From Glaucostegus cemiculus (taxonomy: Eukaryota): a stretch of DNA of 64,000 nucleotides. Positions within the stretch are counted from its first letter, which is position 1. Every line of letters starts with the position of its first letter. Made by a program: the position numbers and the translations under genes. The stretch is from NCBI GenBank assembly GCA_976551045.1, contig CDPCPM010000744.1, positions 12,338,001 to 12,402,000 of the forward strand, read 5' to 3'. A model generated the notes under the pieces. It saw only the letters and a program-made list of their open reading frames with translations, was not told the DNA's origin and ran no database searches. Positions 52,601 through 64,000 of the stretch are shown here, one piece after another.

Positions 52601-54999
52601 GTGCAGAAGATTGCCAAAGTTTACAGCGAGATGGAGATCAGTTGCAGATATGGGCGGAGAAATATCAAATGGAGTTTAATCCGACCAAGTGTAAAGTGCT
52701 GCAATTTGTGAGATCAAATGTAAAGGGACAGTAGACATTTAATGGTAGGACCCTTACCAGGGTTGATGTACAGAGGGAGCTTGTGGTCTAAGTCCATAGC
52801 ACCCTGAAGGTGGCCGCACAATTTTGAGGGTGGTAAAAGGAGGCATAGGGCTGGCTTGCCTTTATTAGTCGAGGCACTGAGTTCAAGAATCTGAACGTTA
52901 TGTTGCAGCTTAAAAAGTTCTCATTGGGCCTCATCGAGAGTATTACACTCAATTCTGGTCGTCCCATTATAGGAGGGACGTGGATTGTTTGGAAAGGGTA
53001 CGGAAGATGCTTACCAGGATTCTGCCTGTATTAGAGGGCATGCGCTATGGGGCGAGGTTGGAGAGACTTGGATTATTTTCTCTGGAGCGGCAGAGTGTGA
53101 TGGGAAACTTGATAGGGGTTTATAAGATTATGAGAGGCGTAGACACAGTCGACAGAGGTTATATTTGTTCAGGGGTCAAAATGGCTAATACTACAGGATA
53201 GTAATTGAAGGTGAGAGAGGGAAAGTTCAAAGGAAATGTGCGGGATATGATTTTTATACAGAAAGTGATGGGTGCCTGGAATGTGCTGCCAGGAGTGGTG
53301 ATGGAGGCTGATACCATAGTGGTGTTCAAGAGGGACTTAGGCGCATGGATGTGCAGGGATTTTTATACAGAAAGTGATGGGTGCCTGGAATGTGCTGCCA
53401 GAAGTCGTGGTGGAGGCTGATACCATAGTGGTGTTCAAGAGGAACTTAGGCACATGAATGTGCAGGGAATGGAGGGATATGGTCATTGAATAGACTAAAG
53501 GGATTAATTTAGTTAGGCACTTTATTACTATTTTAATTATTTCGGCACAACACCATCGGCTGTACTGTACTGTTCGTGTACTGTACTGTTCTATGTTCTA
53601 TGTCCCTTTGCCAAATGTCGCCTGCTCACCCTGAACTCAGGGTCCCCTCTCTCGCCTTCTATCGTTGCCTTTTATCAGTCTCAATAGCCGAAAACAGAGA
53701 ACGCACGGCAAAACCCGTGGTGGTGATCATTAGTGGGCATTTCGTTTTATGACTATCTCGATACTCCACGTATGAAACGAGTTTCAGTATCCGTCCGGCA
53801 CCATTGGGGGCCATAGGACGGATGGGAAAAAGTGCGATTGCTCGGAGAAGAAGAAACTGGACTCCACTGCGAATCTATTCCACACTCTTTCTTAACGTTC
53901 TCGCGCTCAGTTGGTTGTACCCGCCCTGCTTGAACCATAACTACCCCCACGTCTCTCATGAAGCAGAAATAGGGGAACAGTACAGCACCTGAACAGCCTT
54001 TTCAGCCCACGATGTCTGTGCTGACCGTGATACCAATCCAAACTGATCGCACCTGCCTGCACATGGTTTCCATCCCTCCATGCCCTCCCGTCTAAACGTC
54101 TCTTAAACGCTGTGGTCTTATCTTATTCCACCATCGTCCCTGGAACCGGGTTGCGAGTACCCACCACACTCAGTGAAAAAAAAATTCGTAAGGTCGCAAC
54201 GTCAGTATGTGTTGTTCATCTGATTTAGTCTTGAGAACGTGGTGGTGTCGCTTAAACAGCCGCAGTCTTCCGGTGAAGGTAGTCACAGAGTGCTGTAGGG
54301 GAGGGAATTATTGCATTTGGACCCAAAGGTGAGGCAACGGTGATTAATTTCTAAGGCAGGATGGTGGGCGAGTTGGAGGGGATGGTGCAGGGGATCGCGT
54401 CCCCATGCATTTGGTAACTCTCTCCTTCTTGATGAGAGAGGTTTTGGAGATACGTCGGCGTGGTCTGGAGGAGTAACTGCAGTGGATTTTGTTGATGGTA
54501 CCTTGTGCACTGTCAGTGGAGGAAATGTTCTGATTGGCTGATGGGTTGTCAATCAAGTGGTTGCTGTGTTCAGGAAGGCGTTGAGCTGCTTGAGTGCTAT
54601 AGTAAGTGCAATTATCTGAACAAGAAGGGAATGTTTCCTCACGTTCCTGACTTGTGTATTTTAGGTTGTGGGGGAACCTGAGGATGTCAGTAGTTGAGTT
54701 ACTCCACACAGGATATCCAGCCTTTGACTTGCTCTTGTAAACGTGGTATTTCTTGCAGATGAGTTCGACGACAATGACCATCTCCCAGATATGTCTCAGA
54801 ATAAAGACTCGCCCCTTTAAAACTTATATGAGCAGGAATTTCTTCAGGCAGAGGGTGGTTATTCTGTGGAAATCGTTGCCACAGAGACCAACTTACTGGG
54901 AGTATTTTAGACAGAGATTGATAGGTTTTGATTGGCGAGTGGGTTAAGGATTAAAGGTAGAAGACGGGACTATGCGTTTGAAAAATCAACCATGATTCA

Positions 55000-57900
55000 C
55001 AAGATCACAAGATCACAAGATAATGGAGCAGAAGCAAGCCATTCGGCCCATCGAGTCTGCACCAAAGGGAAGGGAGGGTGGGGGAAAAAAGAGATTAAGG
55101 GAAAAAAAACCTACTATTCTAACTCCAAATCCCTGCCTTATCTCCATATCCCTTGATACCTTGACCAATTAGATATCTATCTATTTCCTTCTTGAATATC
55201 CCCAATGATCTGGCTTCCACTGCTTTCTGTGGTAAGGAGTTCCACAGGTTCACCACCCTCTGGCTAAAGAAATTCCTCCTTATCTCTGTTTTGAACCTGC
55301 TTCTTCTAATTCTAAGTTTGTGTCCTCTCGTCCTGGATTCCCCCACCAAGGGAAACAGCTTGACCACATTCACTTGGTCCATTCCTTTCAACATCTTGTA
55401 CGTTTCTATTAGGTCCCCTCTCATTCTTCTGCACACCAACGAGTACAGTCCAAGTGACGACAGTCGCTCATCATATGTAAACTTTCTCATCCCAGGAATC
55501 ATCCTAGTAAATCTCCTCTGAACCCTCTCCAACATCAGCACATCCATCCTAAGGTATGGGGCCCAAAACTGCACACAGTACTCCAAGTGAGGCCTCACCA
55601 GTGCCCCGTATAGCCTCATCAACACTTCCTTGCTTTTATATACTATACCCCTGGAAATAAATGCCAACATAGCATTCGCTTTCCTTACTGCCGATCCAAC
55701 CTGGCGGTTAACCTTTAGGTTATCCTGTACGAGCACCCCTAAGTCCCTTTGTACTTCTGTGCTTCCAATTTTATCTCCTTCTAGATAATAGTCTGCCCTT
55801 CCATTTCTACTTCCGAAGAGTACAACTGCACATTTTTCCACGTTGAACCTCATCTGCCGTTTCTTCGCCCATTCTCCTAGAATATCCAAGTCTCTCTGTA
55901 ACTTTCCTGTCTCCTCAATACTCTCCACTCCCCCCCCCCCAATCTTAGTGTCATCTGCAAACTTGGCCACAAACCCATTAACTCTTTCGTCTAAATCATT
56001 AATATACAAGGTAAAAAGAAGGGGCCCCAACACCGACCCCTGCGGAACAACACTAGTAACCGGCAGCCAACCAGAACACGATCCTTTTATTCCCACCCTC
56101 TGTTTCCTGCCATCCAGCCAACTCTCCACCCATTCTGTTATCCTGCCAGTTATTCTGTGATCTCTCATCTTACTAATTAGTCTTTTGTGCGGCACCTTGT
56201 CGAATGCCTTCTGAAAGTCTAAATGCACTACATCTACGGCCTCTCCCTTGTCCACCCTGCATGAGATTTCTTCACAAAACTCCAATAAATTGGTCAGGCA
56301 GGATCTTCCCTTCACGAACCCATGTTGACTAGGACCTATCTTGCCTTGCACCTCCATGTATCCCATCACCTCATCCTTGAGGATCGATTCTACTATCTTC
56401 CCCACCACAGATGTAAGACTGATAGGTCTGTAATTTCCTTTGTGCTGTCTCCCACCTTTCTTATACAATGGAACTACATTCGCGACCCTCCAGTCCTCCG
56501 GCACCTCTCCAGCGTCTATCGATTCCTGAAAAATTATCACTAATGCCTCCACTATTTCTAGAGCTACTTCCTTCAGTACACGGGGATGTATCTCATCTGG
56601 TCCCGGAGACTTATCAGTCTTTAACCCATTTAGCTTCCCCAACACTTTCTCTCTCGTAACCTTAACTGTCCTTAATTCCGTCCCTCGAGACCCTTGACTA
56701 ACCGGTATATTGTTAATATCTTCTACCGTGAAGACCGACGCAAAATACTGATTTAGCACCTCCGCCATCTCTTTATCATCCATAATAATCTCTCCCGCCT
56801 CATTTTCTATCGGTCCTATATCAACCCGCGTCTCTCTTTTGCTTCTTATATATTTAAAAAAAACTCTTAGTATCCTTTTGAATGTTTTCTGCCAATTTCA
56901 TTTCATAATTTCTCTTTTCTTTTCTAATAACCTTCTTAGTTTCTTTCTGTAGGTTCTTAAAAGTTTCCCAGTCTTCTGTTTTTCCGCTTTTTCTTGCTAC
57001 CTTATATGCCCTCCCTTTGGCTCTTATTTTAGCTTTCACCTCTCTCGTTATCCACATTTGTGCCCTTTTTCCATTTAAAACCTTTTTTTTTAATGTGTCT
57101 GTCCTGCATTTTCTTTATTACTTGCTTAAATTCCACCCATTTATGTTCTGCCGTCCCTCCAGCGAGCTTATATTTCCAATCAATCTGGGCCAACTCTTCT
57201 CTCATCCTTCTGTAATTCCCCTTGTTCCACTGAAATGTCGACACTCCAGTCATCAGCTTCTCCTTTTCAAATTTCATTCTGAACTTAATCATATTATGGT
57301 CACTAGTTCCTAATGGTTCCTTTACCCTTAGTTCTCTAATCACCTCCGGTTCATTACACAACACCCAATCCAAAACAGCCGATCCCCTGGTGGGCTCATC
57401 AACAAGTTGTTCCAAAAAGCCATCCCGTAAACATTCAACAAACTCGCTCTCCTGAGAACTGCTGCCTTGCTGGGTTTCCCAGTCCACCTTCATGTTAAAG
57501 TCACCCATAATTATTTTAATATTGTCACTCTGACATGCCTTTTCTATCTCTAACCGCAGCTTATGGTCTACCTCCTGATTGCTATTAGGGGGCCTATATA
57601 CAACAGCTACAACCGTCCTCTTACTGTTGCTATTCCTTAGCTTCACCCATAAGGTTTCCACTTCATCTGACCTAATGTCCTTCCTTTCTATTGATTTTAT
57701 CTCATTACTAACCATCATGGCCACACCACCCCCTCTACCTTCCTGCCTATCCTTCCTATACACTGTGTACCCCTGGACATTGAGCTCCCAGTCACATCCA
57801 TCATGCAGCCACGACTCAGTGATTGCCACAATGTCATACTTATTAATCTGCAGCTGTGCTACTAGGTCATCTGCCTTGTTCCTGATGCTACGTGCATTTA

Positions 57901-58210
57901 AGTATAATACCTTTTGCTCATTAACCACTGTTGATTTTGTTGCGCTTCCTTTTTTGAGCAACTTATCCTTAATTTTCATTTCCACGCCCTTCTTTCTATC
58001 CTGACTGCTCACTATCATGGACTTCTTTTTATCTGCCTCCACCTCTAGTCTAACATCCTGTGACCTAACATCCTCATTTACTGTACTATTGTCATTCAGC
58101 ATGTTACCTTGATTAATCACCTGCCTGTCCGTCTTGCCATCCTGATCACGCACTAACTTCGACCTATTTTTATTTAACTCTTGCCTTCCTCTATCTACTT
58201 TTACCCTAAT
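55000..58210 (-). mobile_element. Young CR1 LINE with near-complete ORF2 (endonuclease + RT), 5'-truncated
   Basis: ORFs 57029..58216 (YLNARSIRNK, AITESWL, GDFN, SDHN), 56854..57057 and 55119..56783 ([28 protein letters not shown]); (ATCTTGTG)3 tail at 54997-55021; attca repeat at 54995-54999 and 58211-58215; empty site in A near 35285. Confidence 0.97.
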
Positions 58211-60337
58211 ATTCAATGGCGGAGCAGACTCGATGGGCTGAATGGCCTAATTCTACTCCTGTATCTTATGGTTTTATGTCAATGCTTTGGTACTCGGCGA
58301 TAGTGATGTAATTTGCTGTGAAGTGTGGTAATGGTCATACTCCCACTCGTTGGAAATGGTCATTACCTGGCACGAGTGTGAACTGTTAGTTGTCGCTTAT
58401 TAACCCATCCCTAAATGTTGTCTAGATATTGCTGCATGATCGACATGCGATACGTTTTCCTTGTTGACGATGTCTTTTCAACAGGGTTCCGAAGTGGCAA
58501 CACATCAGGCAAGAACGGTTCAGACGGTTATCAAGTAATTCACTTGTTCCTCCCATCCTGCGACCTGCTTCTGATTTTACTTCTTTCTCCAACCTTTGTT
58601 TTCCCATAATGCCGCATGCGGGAAAACACTCTATTCATCAGTCTCATAAGACCACCCACTGAAGATTCGTGCACGAAGTTCTCGCTGATTTTGGTTACCA
58701 CCTTCACATCGTCCGTTATTCCTGAGGGAACAGAGTGGAACGACCTGAAACTTGCCATTCAGGACGCTCCCGGTCTTCTCTCCGCTCGGCCGAAACTCCT
58801 GTTGCCACTCACTCTCCGATACCTTGAGTTGGGAGTCCAAGCAGTTGGAGGCGCGTCCTGAACGCTTGCGCACCCGGAGACACGAAGTGTTCTAAAGATT
58901 GCAATTGGTGCAAGCATCGCAAGCAATGACATCAGCCTCCCTCCATAACAAAAGAAACACTTCCCCGCTCTTCTTTTTTCCAGAAATGCTTACCAATATA
59001 TTTCCTTATTGAACTATTCCATATTTTTCTTCTGAGGGGCTTACAAATTTAAGAGAATTTAAGTCAGCGAACAACATCTCCATCCATTCTGTCTAAACAT
59101 ATGAGTCAAGGATACTCTGTGCTAACGCGCCGCACTTTATTCATTATTTCTGGCTCAATATCAGATGGTTTAGTTTCGAATCCTTCTTCTCCCCACCCCA
59201 CGCCCAGAAGCAAGGATTTATAACTATGATTGAAGCAGAAAGTCAAACGAAACACTTGAATTGTTCGAACTCAGAGTGAGAATCAATTGCTTATCACCGA
59301 CCCAGAGGACGTGAAATCTGGTGATTAGCGGTAGCAGTACAGTGCAAAGATATAAAATCACTATAAATGACAAAAATATCTAAATGGTGCAAATTAAATG
59401 AATAATAACGTCGTGTTCATGGGTAGACGGACCGTTAGGAAATCAGCAGGAAAAGATGCTGTTCCTGAATCTGTACCTGGGGTATTTCCTACTTATTGGA
59501 CGCTGAGCGCTCTAATATTTTTACAGGACTGAAGTCTTCACGTAGTTTCTCAAAGAAAACAACATGTTCGGACACTTGAAATCACTGCTGTCTTAATGTA
59601 ATGATCTCTGTGGTGATTCGAAAGACTCTGCAAATGAAAGAGAATGATTCGAAGAAGAGCTTACACCCCAAATGTTTTGCTTATTTGCTTTTCCCGTGTT
59701 TAATAGTTTATTTCAGTGTAAGTAATGTTTTCTATGTGTGTTACATTTATTTAAATTCTGCAGCATTTCGGCTTTCTTGACTTAATCTTAATTTATGCCA
59801 ACTGTTTGAATTTTACGTGTATCTCGCCTTCCTCTCATTATTTGTCATTACTGACAAGTTGCCTGTGCATCTGAATCAGAACATGGTACCAGTTTTTCAC
59901 TGCAAAAGTCATTGTTTACTTTTGCTTACTTCGGCTTCGAAGGCAGCTAATACAATCTGTGCCAATCTTTGCCAATTTGAAATGCTTTAAAGGAGCACAC
60001 CAACTGCGACAGCTAAATGGTTAATTCATAAACGTCAATGCAATACAAATGATAAAGTAATTTAAAAACGAATTGAGGCAGAAATGGCGTTGAAAACCTT
60101 AGGAGTGAAATAATCTCAGGAGAGCAAAGTAAAAGCACAAACAAAAGATGTTCCGTCATATTTCTATTTAAGGGACCGGATTTAATATGTCTTTTGAGGA
60201 AACCTAATGGACACGAAGGAGATCGCATCATCTATAAGTAAGTTCCACCAGGTGGCTTTGATCATTCCATAGTGACGACGTATTTAATGACATTTGACCT
60301 TGCAGTCATCAGACATCGAGCCGCGCGGATAATCACA

Positions 60338-62126
60338 ATGAAGAGAAGTGCCTTTGATCGGATAGTGAAACTTTTTCGTACCATACACTATTTTACGTAT
60401 TTTACTGCAGTTGTCGGAATACTCGGTAAGTATTACAGCGGTTTGCCATTCACAGGTGATCGGTCTTTAAATTTCTTGGAGCTGAGGTTCTCAATTACAC
60501 GGTAATACATTCTCCAGGTTATATTTTTTTAAGATACGCGCGGTTGATTAAGTTTGACAGAATCCATTCCATTGTTAAATTTGCGCATATTTTTCATATT
60601 ATAGTTATGAACTATCATTTCATTTTCTCTGGAAAACAATACGGTTTTTTTCCAAGGGATCCGTGGTTAAATCCCAGGAAACACACATGCCTGTAATGAG
60701 CTGTGTAAAATGATTTTCTTCGCAGAACCACAACAAACTATAATTGCGGTCACAGAGCCAGGTGACACCTATACCTGGAGCTGCAAGAGAGAAATGCTGA
60801 TGTTGGGAACCTAAAGGAACACAAAAGATGTGAAATGAATTCAGCGCTTAAGGCTGCAACTGTGGAGGGAAATGGACAGTCCATTTCCTTCCATAGATGC
60901 TGCCTGATCTGCTGAGTTCCTCCAGCGTGTTGTGTGTTGCTGTATCTGGGGCTGGTTCGTTTATGGAAAAAAATCCATTCCTACAATCGTTAGGTTAACG
61001 AAAATTGGAATAAATATGGAAACGATAATCGTATTCTAACACCGGGATGTATTTAATTATGGTAAGTTTAGTGTTGATATTAGGGGTCTGTCACTGACTT
61101 CATGAGTGCTTGGATGATCCCTCCTCAGACCCCCACCAATTCTTTGTAATAGTGCGCTGGATTACGACAATTTGGAGTTCATCAACTGTAGCTTCTGTCA
61201 GATAAAGTAAAACTTCTCGTGTTCATTTCCCCACAGGTAATTTCACGGCGATAATCGTTCTGGGACGGGGAGAGTACGGACTGTCAAGCTGCGTCACCCA
61301 CTAACTGGTGGCGATGGCGACAGCGGACCTATTGGTCGTCTTCTTCAACACGACAATACATTTAATTTATAGCGCAATTTACACCTATTTGCCTCACACG
61401 CTCGCTTACATCATCCAGAAGTCGATGGCATTTGCATCGTTCGACTGTTCCGTGTGGTTAACTGTGGCTTTCGCATTTGATCGCTTTGTAACCATTTGCT
61501 GCCAACAATTTAAAACCAGATACTGCACGGTTAGAACGGCCAGGATGGCGATAGGGACAGTATACGTGCTGAGTTTATTAAGGAACGTTCCCTACTACTA
61601 TACATACGAGTCTTATGAAATAAGCTATCCTGCCGGATGTCTTCAAAAGGTGGAATTTAATTTCCTATCTGGGTGGGTTGCGTTTTATTGGCTTCACAAT
61701 ATTTTAACCCCTTTGCTTCCGTTTCTTGTTATTTTGTTGCTTAACGTCCTGACCGTCAGATCTATCCTGGTGGCGAGCAGAGCCCGCGGGAAGCTCCGCT
61801 CACACGTCAGTGGCGAGAAAAAGGAGGACCCGGAAATGGAGAGTAGAAGGAAGTCTATCGTTTTACAGTTCTGTGTGTCGGGCAGTTTTATCCTCCTGTG
61901 GCTGACCGAGGTGATTGTCTTCGCGTACTCACAGATAAGTAGCACGCACTATGTCCCAAACTTGGGTCATCCTCTGAACATAGCACTGAACGCCGGAGAG
62001 ATGCTCAAAATCCTCAGTTCGTGCACAAACACGTTTATTTACCTTCTGACTCAGTCTAAGTTCCGAGAGCAACTGAGGAATGGAATCAAGTATCCCTTCA
62101 TGTTGATTCTTAAGTTCGTTCAATAA
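60338..62126 (+). pseudogene. GPCR copy B (exons 60338-60425 and 61237-62126), probable pseudogene
   Basis: Same exon structure and splice sites as copy A, but in-frame TAA at 61302-61304 (TAT in A, codon 52), TM3 Cys to Tyr (61407-61409) and TM6 Leu to Gln (61866-61868). Confidence 0.85.
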
Positions 62127-63279
62127 AAAAAATGTGGTCGAAAGAATGGTGCGATTTGGAAAGGTAGCGACAGAGAACAAGAGCCCATCGATGTTAACTC
62201 TCTGCAAATAAGAAATATTTGTTCTGAAAGAATGTATTAGGATTCACAACAGACTCTGACCACATGAAGTCAGCGTTCACACACTCGTCGTGGATCAGCA
62301 CACAATGCAGCAAACCTCTGGTGAAACTGTCTTCAACGAGAAACATTAACAGTTTCTCTCTCCACGGATGCTGCCTGACCTGCTGAGTAATTCCACCTTT
62401 TTCTGTTTTTTTTTTCCAACAAGAATGAGCTCTTGATTGTCAGCAATGATTCGGTGGCCCGAAAGGCCTGTTTATCTGCTGTATGTCTCTATTACTCCAA
62501 GATTCTGAGGGATAATTTCCAGCGTTAATGAGAAAATATATCTGCTGTTGGGGATATTAGAATTGGAAGAAAAGAGTGGAGATATTGGGTCGTTCACTTC
62601 AATTCTGGATGGGGGTGGGGGGAGGGGTCATTCCGTTCCCGGAAATGTTTTGGATCTTTGGATTTCTCCACCGCAGAGTGCCGTGGATAACAAGGCATTG
62701 TTTTGAAGCCTGAGGCCAATAGATTCAGAATTAAAGTGTCAGGTAGAAACTCTGTTTCCATCTGCTGAGATTAGATTTACAATTCTTGTAGATTATTTTG
62801 GTTAGAAATAGGATTAGACACTCTTGATTTCCGGTGATACGTGGATCAGGTAGGAAGATGATTTCAGGTTAACTCAGAACCGTCATCATCTTACTGAAGG
62901 TCAGAGTGGTCTCAAAGTACATTTTAGCGAGAGCTGATCCTTCCTCAATTCCCAAAAATCTCTGCCTATCAATCTCAGCACAGAAATTGATCATCCCCAA
63001 CCTCTGGGTTACATGCTGCATCAAAGTCTGACCATCCCTCCGACACATTCCTGTTAATCTCAGACTTGGAGCTCTGGTTCTGTCTTCTCCATACCGAGGA
63101 TGCAAACTCTCTGCCAGTCTTTCAACCCTTCTGAGTTAAGGTTAGTTTCAAACAGTTCGCTTCTCAATTGTTCTTCTTTAGATAGGCTATCCGTGCTAAG
63201 GTATCTCCTTAATGGGCAGATCTCACTTGAACTTGCCATTCAGAAGTAACTTACTGGTGGCAATTAAGCAGAGGATGCA

Positions 63280-63700
63280 GGAGGAAACCAGATAACCCAG
63301 GTGAAATAGTCGTGGACACAGGGAGAACGCGCAGCTCCCACATGGCAGCACCCGAGGTTAGAACGGGAGCCCTCAGGTCACCTGAGCAGTAGGGCAGCGG
63401 CAATCTCCCGCCCGGTTTCACTTTCACTGATACTTGCGAATGTTCCTCACGGCTTGCTTTTTGTTTCCGAGTAGTCTTGCCCCAGTAGCAATCTCGGATG
63501 AATTTCATTCCACCAAATCATCGAATTGGTATGGCGGCATAGTGGCGCAGGTATTTTGGCTTCTGCTCCACAGCTTCAGTGACTCATGTTCGATCCTGGT
63601 GTCGGCCGCTATCCGTGTGGCGTTTACACGTTCTCCCTGTGATTGCATGGATTTCCCACCGGCACTCCAGTTTCCTCCAAAGCCCCAAAGACGTGCTGAT
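63280..63700. mobile_element. Divergent pair of old V-SINEs (paralog of 47020-47405)
   Basis: Minus copy gaggaaacc..gacacagggagaacg; plus copy ggcggcatagtggcgcag..gttcgatcctgg..gttctccctgtgattgcatggatttccc. Confidence 0.7.
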
Positions 63701-64000
63701 TGGCAGCAATGGGAGCGTCATTAATTATCACAAATAATTGTACCATGGAGACTATTCGGCTCCTCCATTCCTGAGATAATGCCAATCTACCCTGCTATAT
63801 TCCGCTGCCCTCAATCACAATCGTGCAAATTTATGACTTTCACATCCTTATCCTCCACCCGTCTGAAGCTAAACCCGGCAGTATATTCCAGCCACTCGCC
63901 GGAAAACTATTCCCTGTTTTTTCCAGGGAATAATCGGACGGCAGTGGAGGCAGAGAAAGAGAGTGGCCGTTATTTGTAGGTGCCACCGTTCAGAATGTAT

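Larger units (their letters stand above)
52600..64000 (+). repeat. Segmental duplication, block B (contains the GPCR pseudogene); runs off the window end
   Basis: Colinear with 33020-47720; the last bases of the window match about 47690-47720. Confidence 0.92.

Noticed and set aside
55192-58004. Plus-strand ORFs overlapping the young CR1
   Set aside because: They are antisense shadows of the LINE ORF2.

Overview
Eukaryotic, repeat-dominated vertebrate DNA. The repeat inventory (V-SINE/HE1-type tRNA SINEs, abundant CR1 LINEs, Rex1/Babar, Penelope, fish-type L1) points to a cartilaginous fish, probably a ray or shark; this is inference. The only host genes I can support are two tandem paralogs of a two-coding-exon class A GPCR resembling the GPR139/GPR142-like receptors expanded in chondrichthyans. 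Copy A (37369-37456 + 42502-43391, 325 aa) is intact. Copy B (60338-60425 + 61237-62126) carries a premature stop at codon 52 and has lost the TM3 disulfide cysteine, so it is a likely pseudogene. Both lie in a segmental duplication (about 33.0-47.7 kb versus about 52.6-64.0+ kb) whose copies differ by an intronic L1 and a Rex1/Babar in A and a young, near-intact CR1 in B. Separately, 9.1-19.7 kb is a four-copy tandem array of an approximately 2.52-kb composite unit with a CTCF-like motif in each copy and no recognisable product. Almost all other ORFs in the track are LINE fragments or noise. No prokaryotic features, CRISPR arrays, rRNA or true tRNA genes were seen. Repeat boundaries were placed by eye and are approximate.
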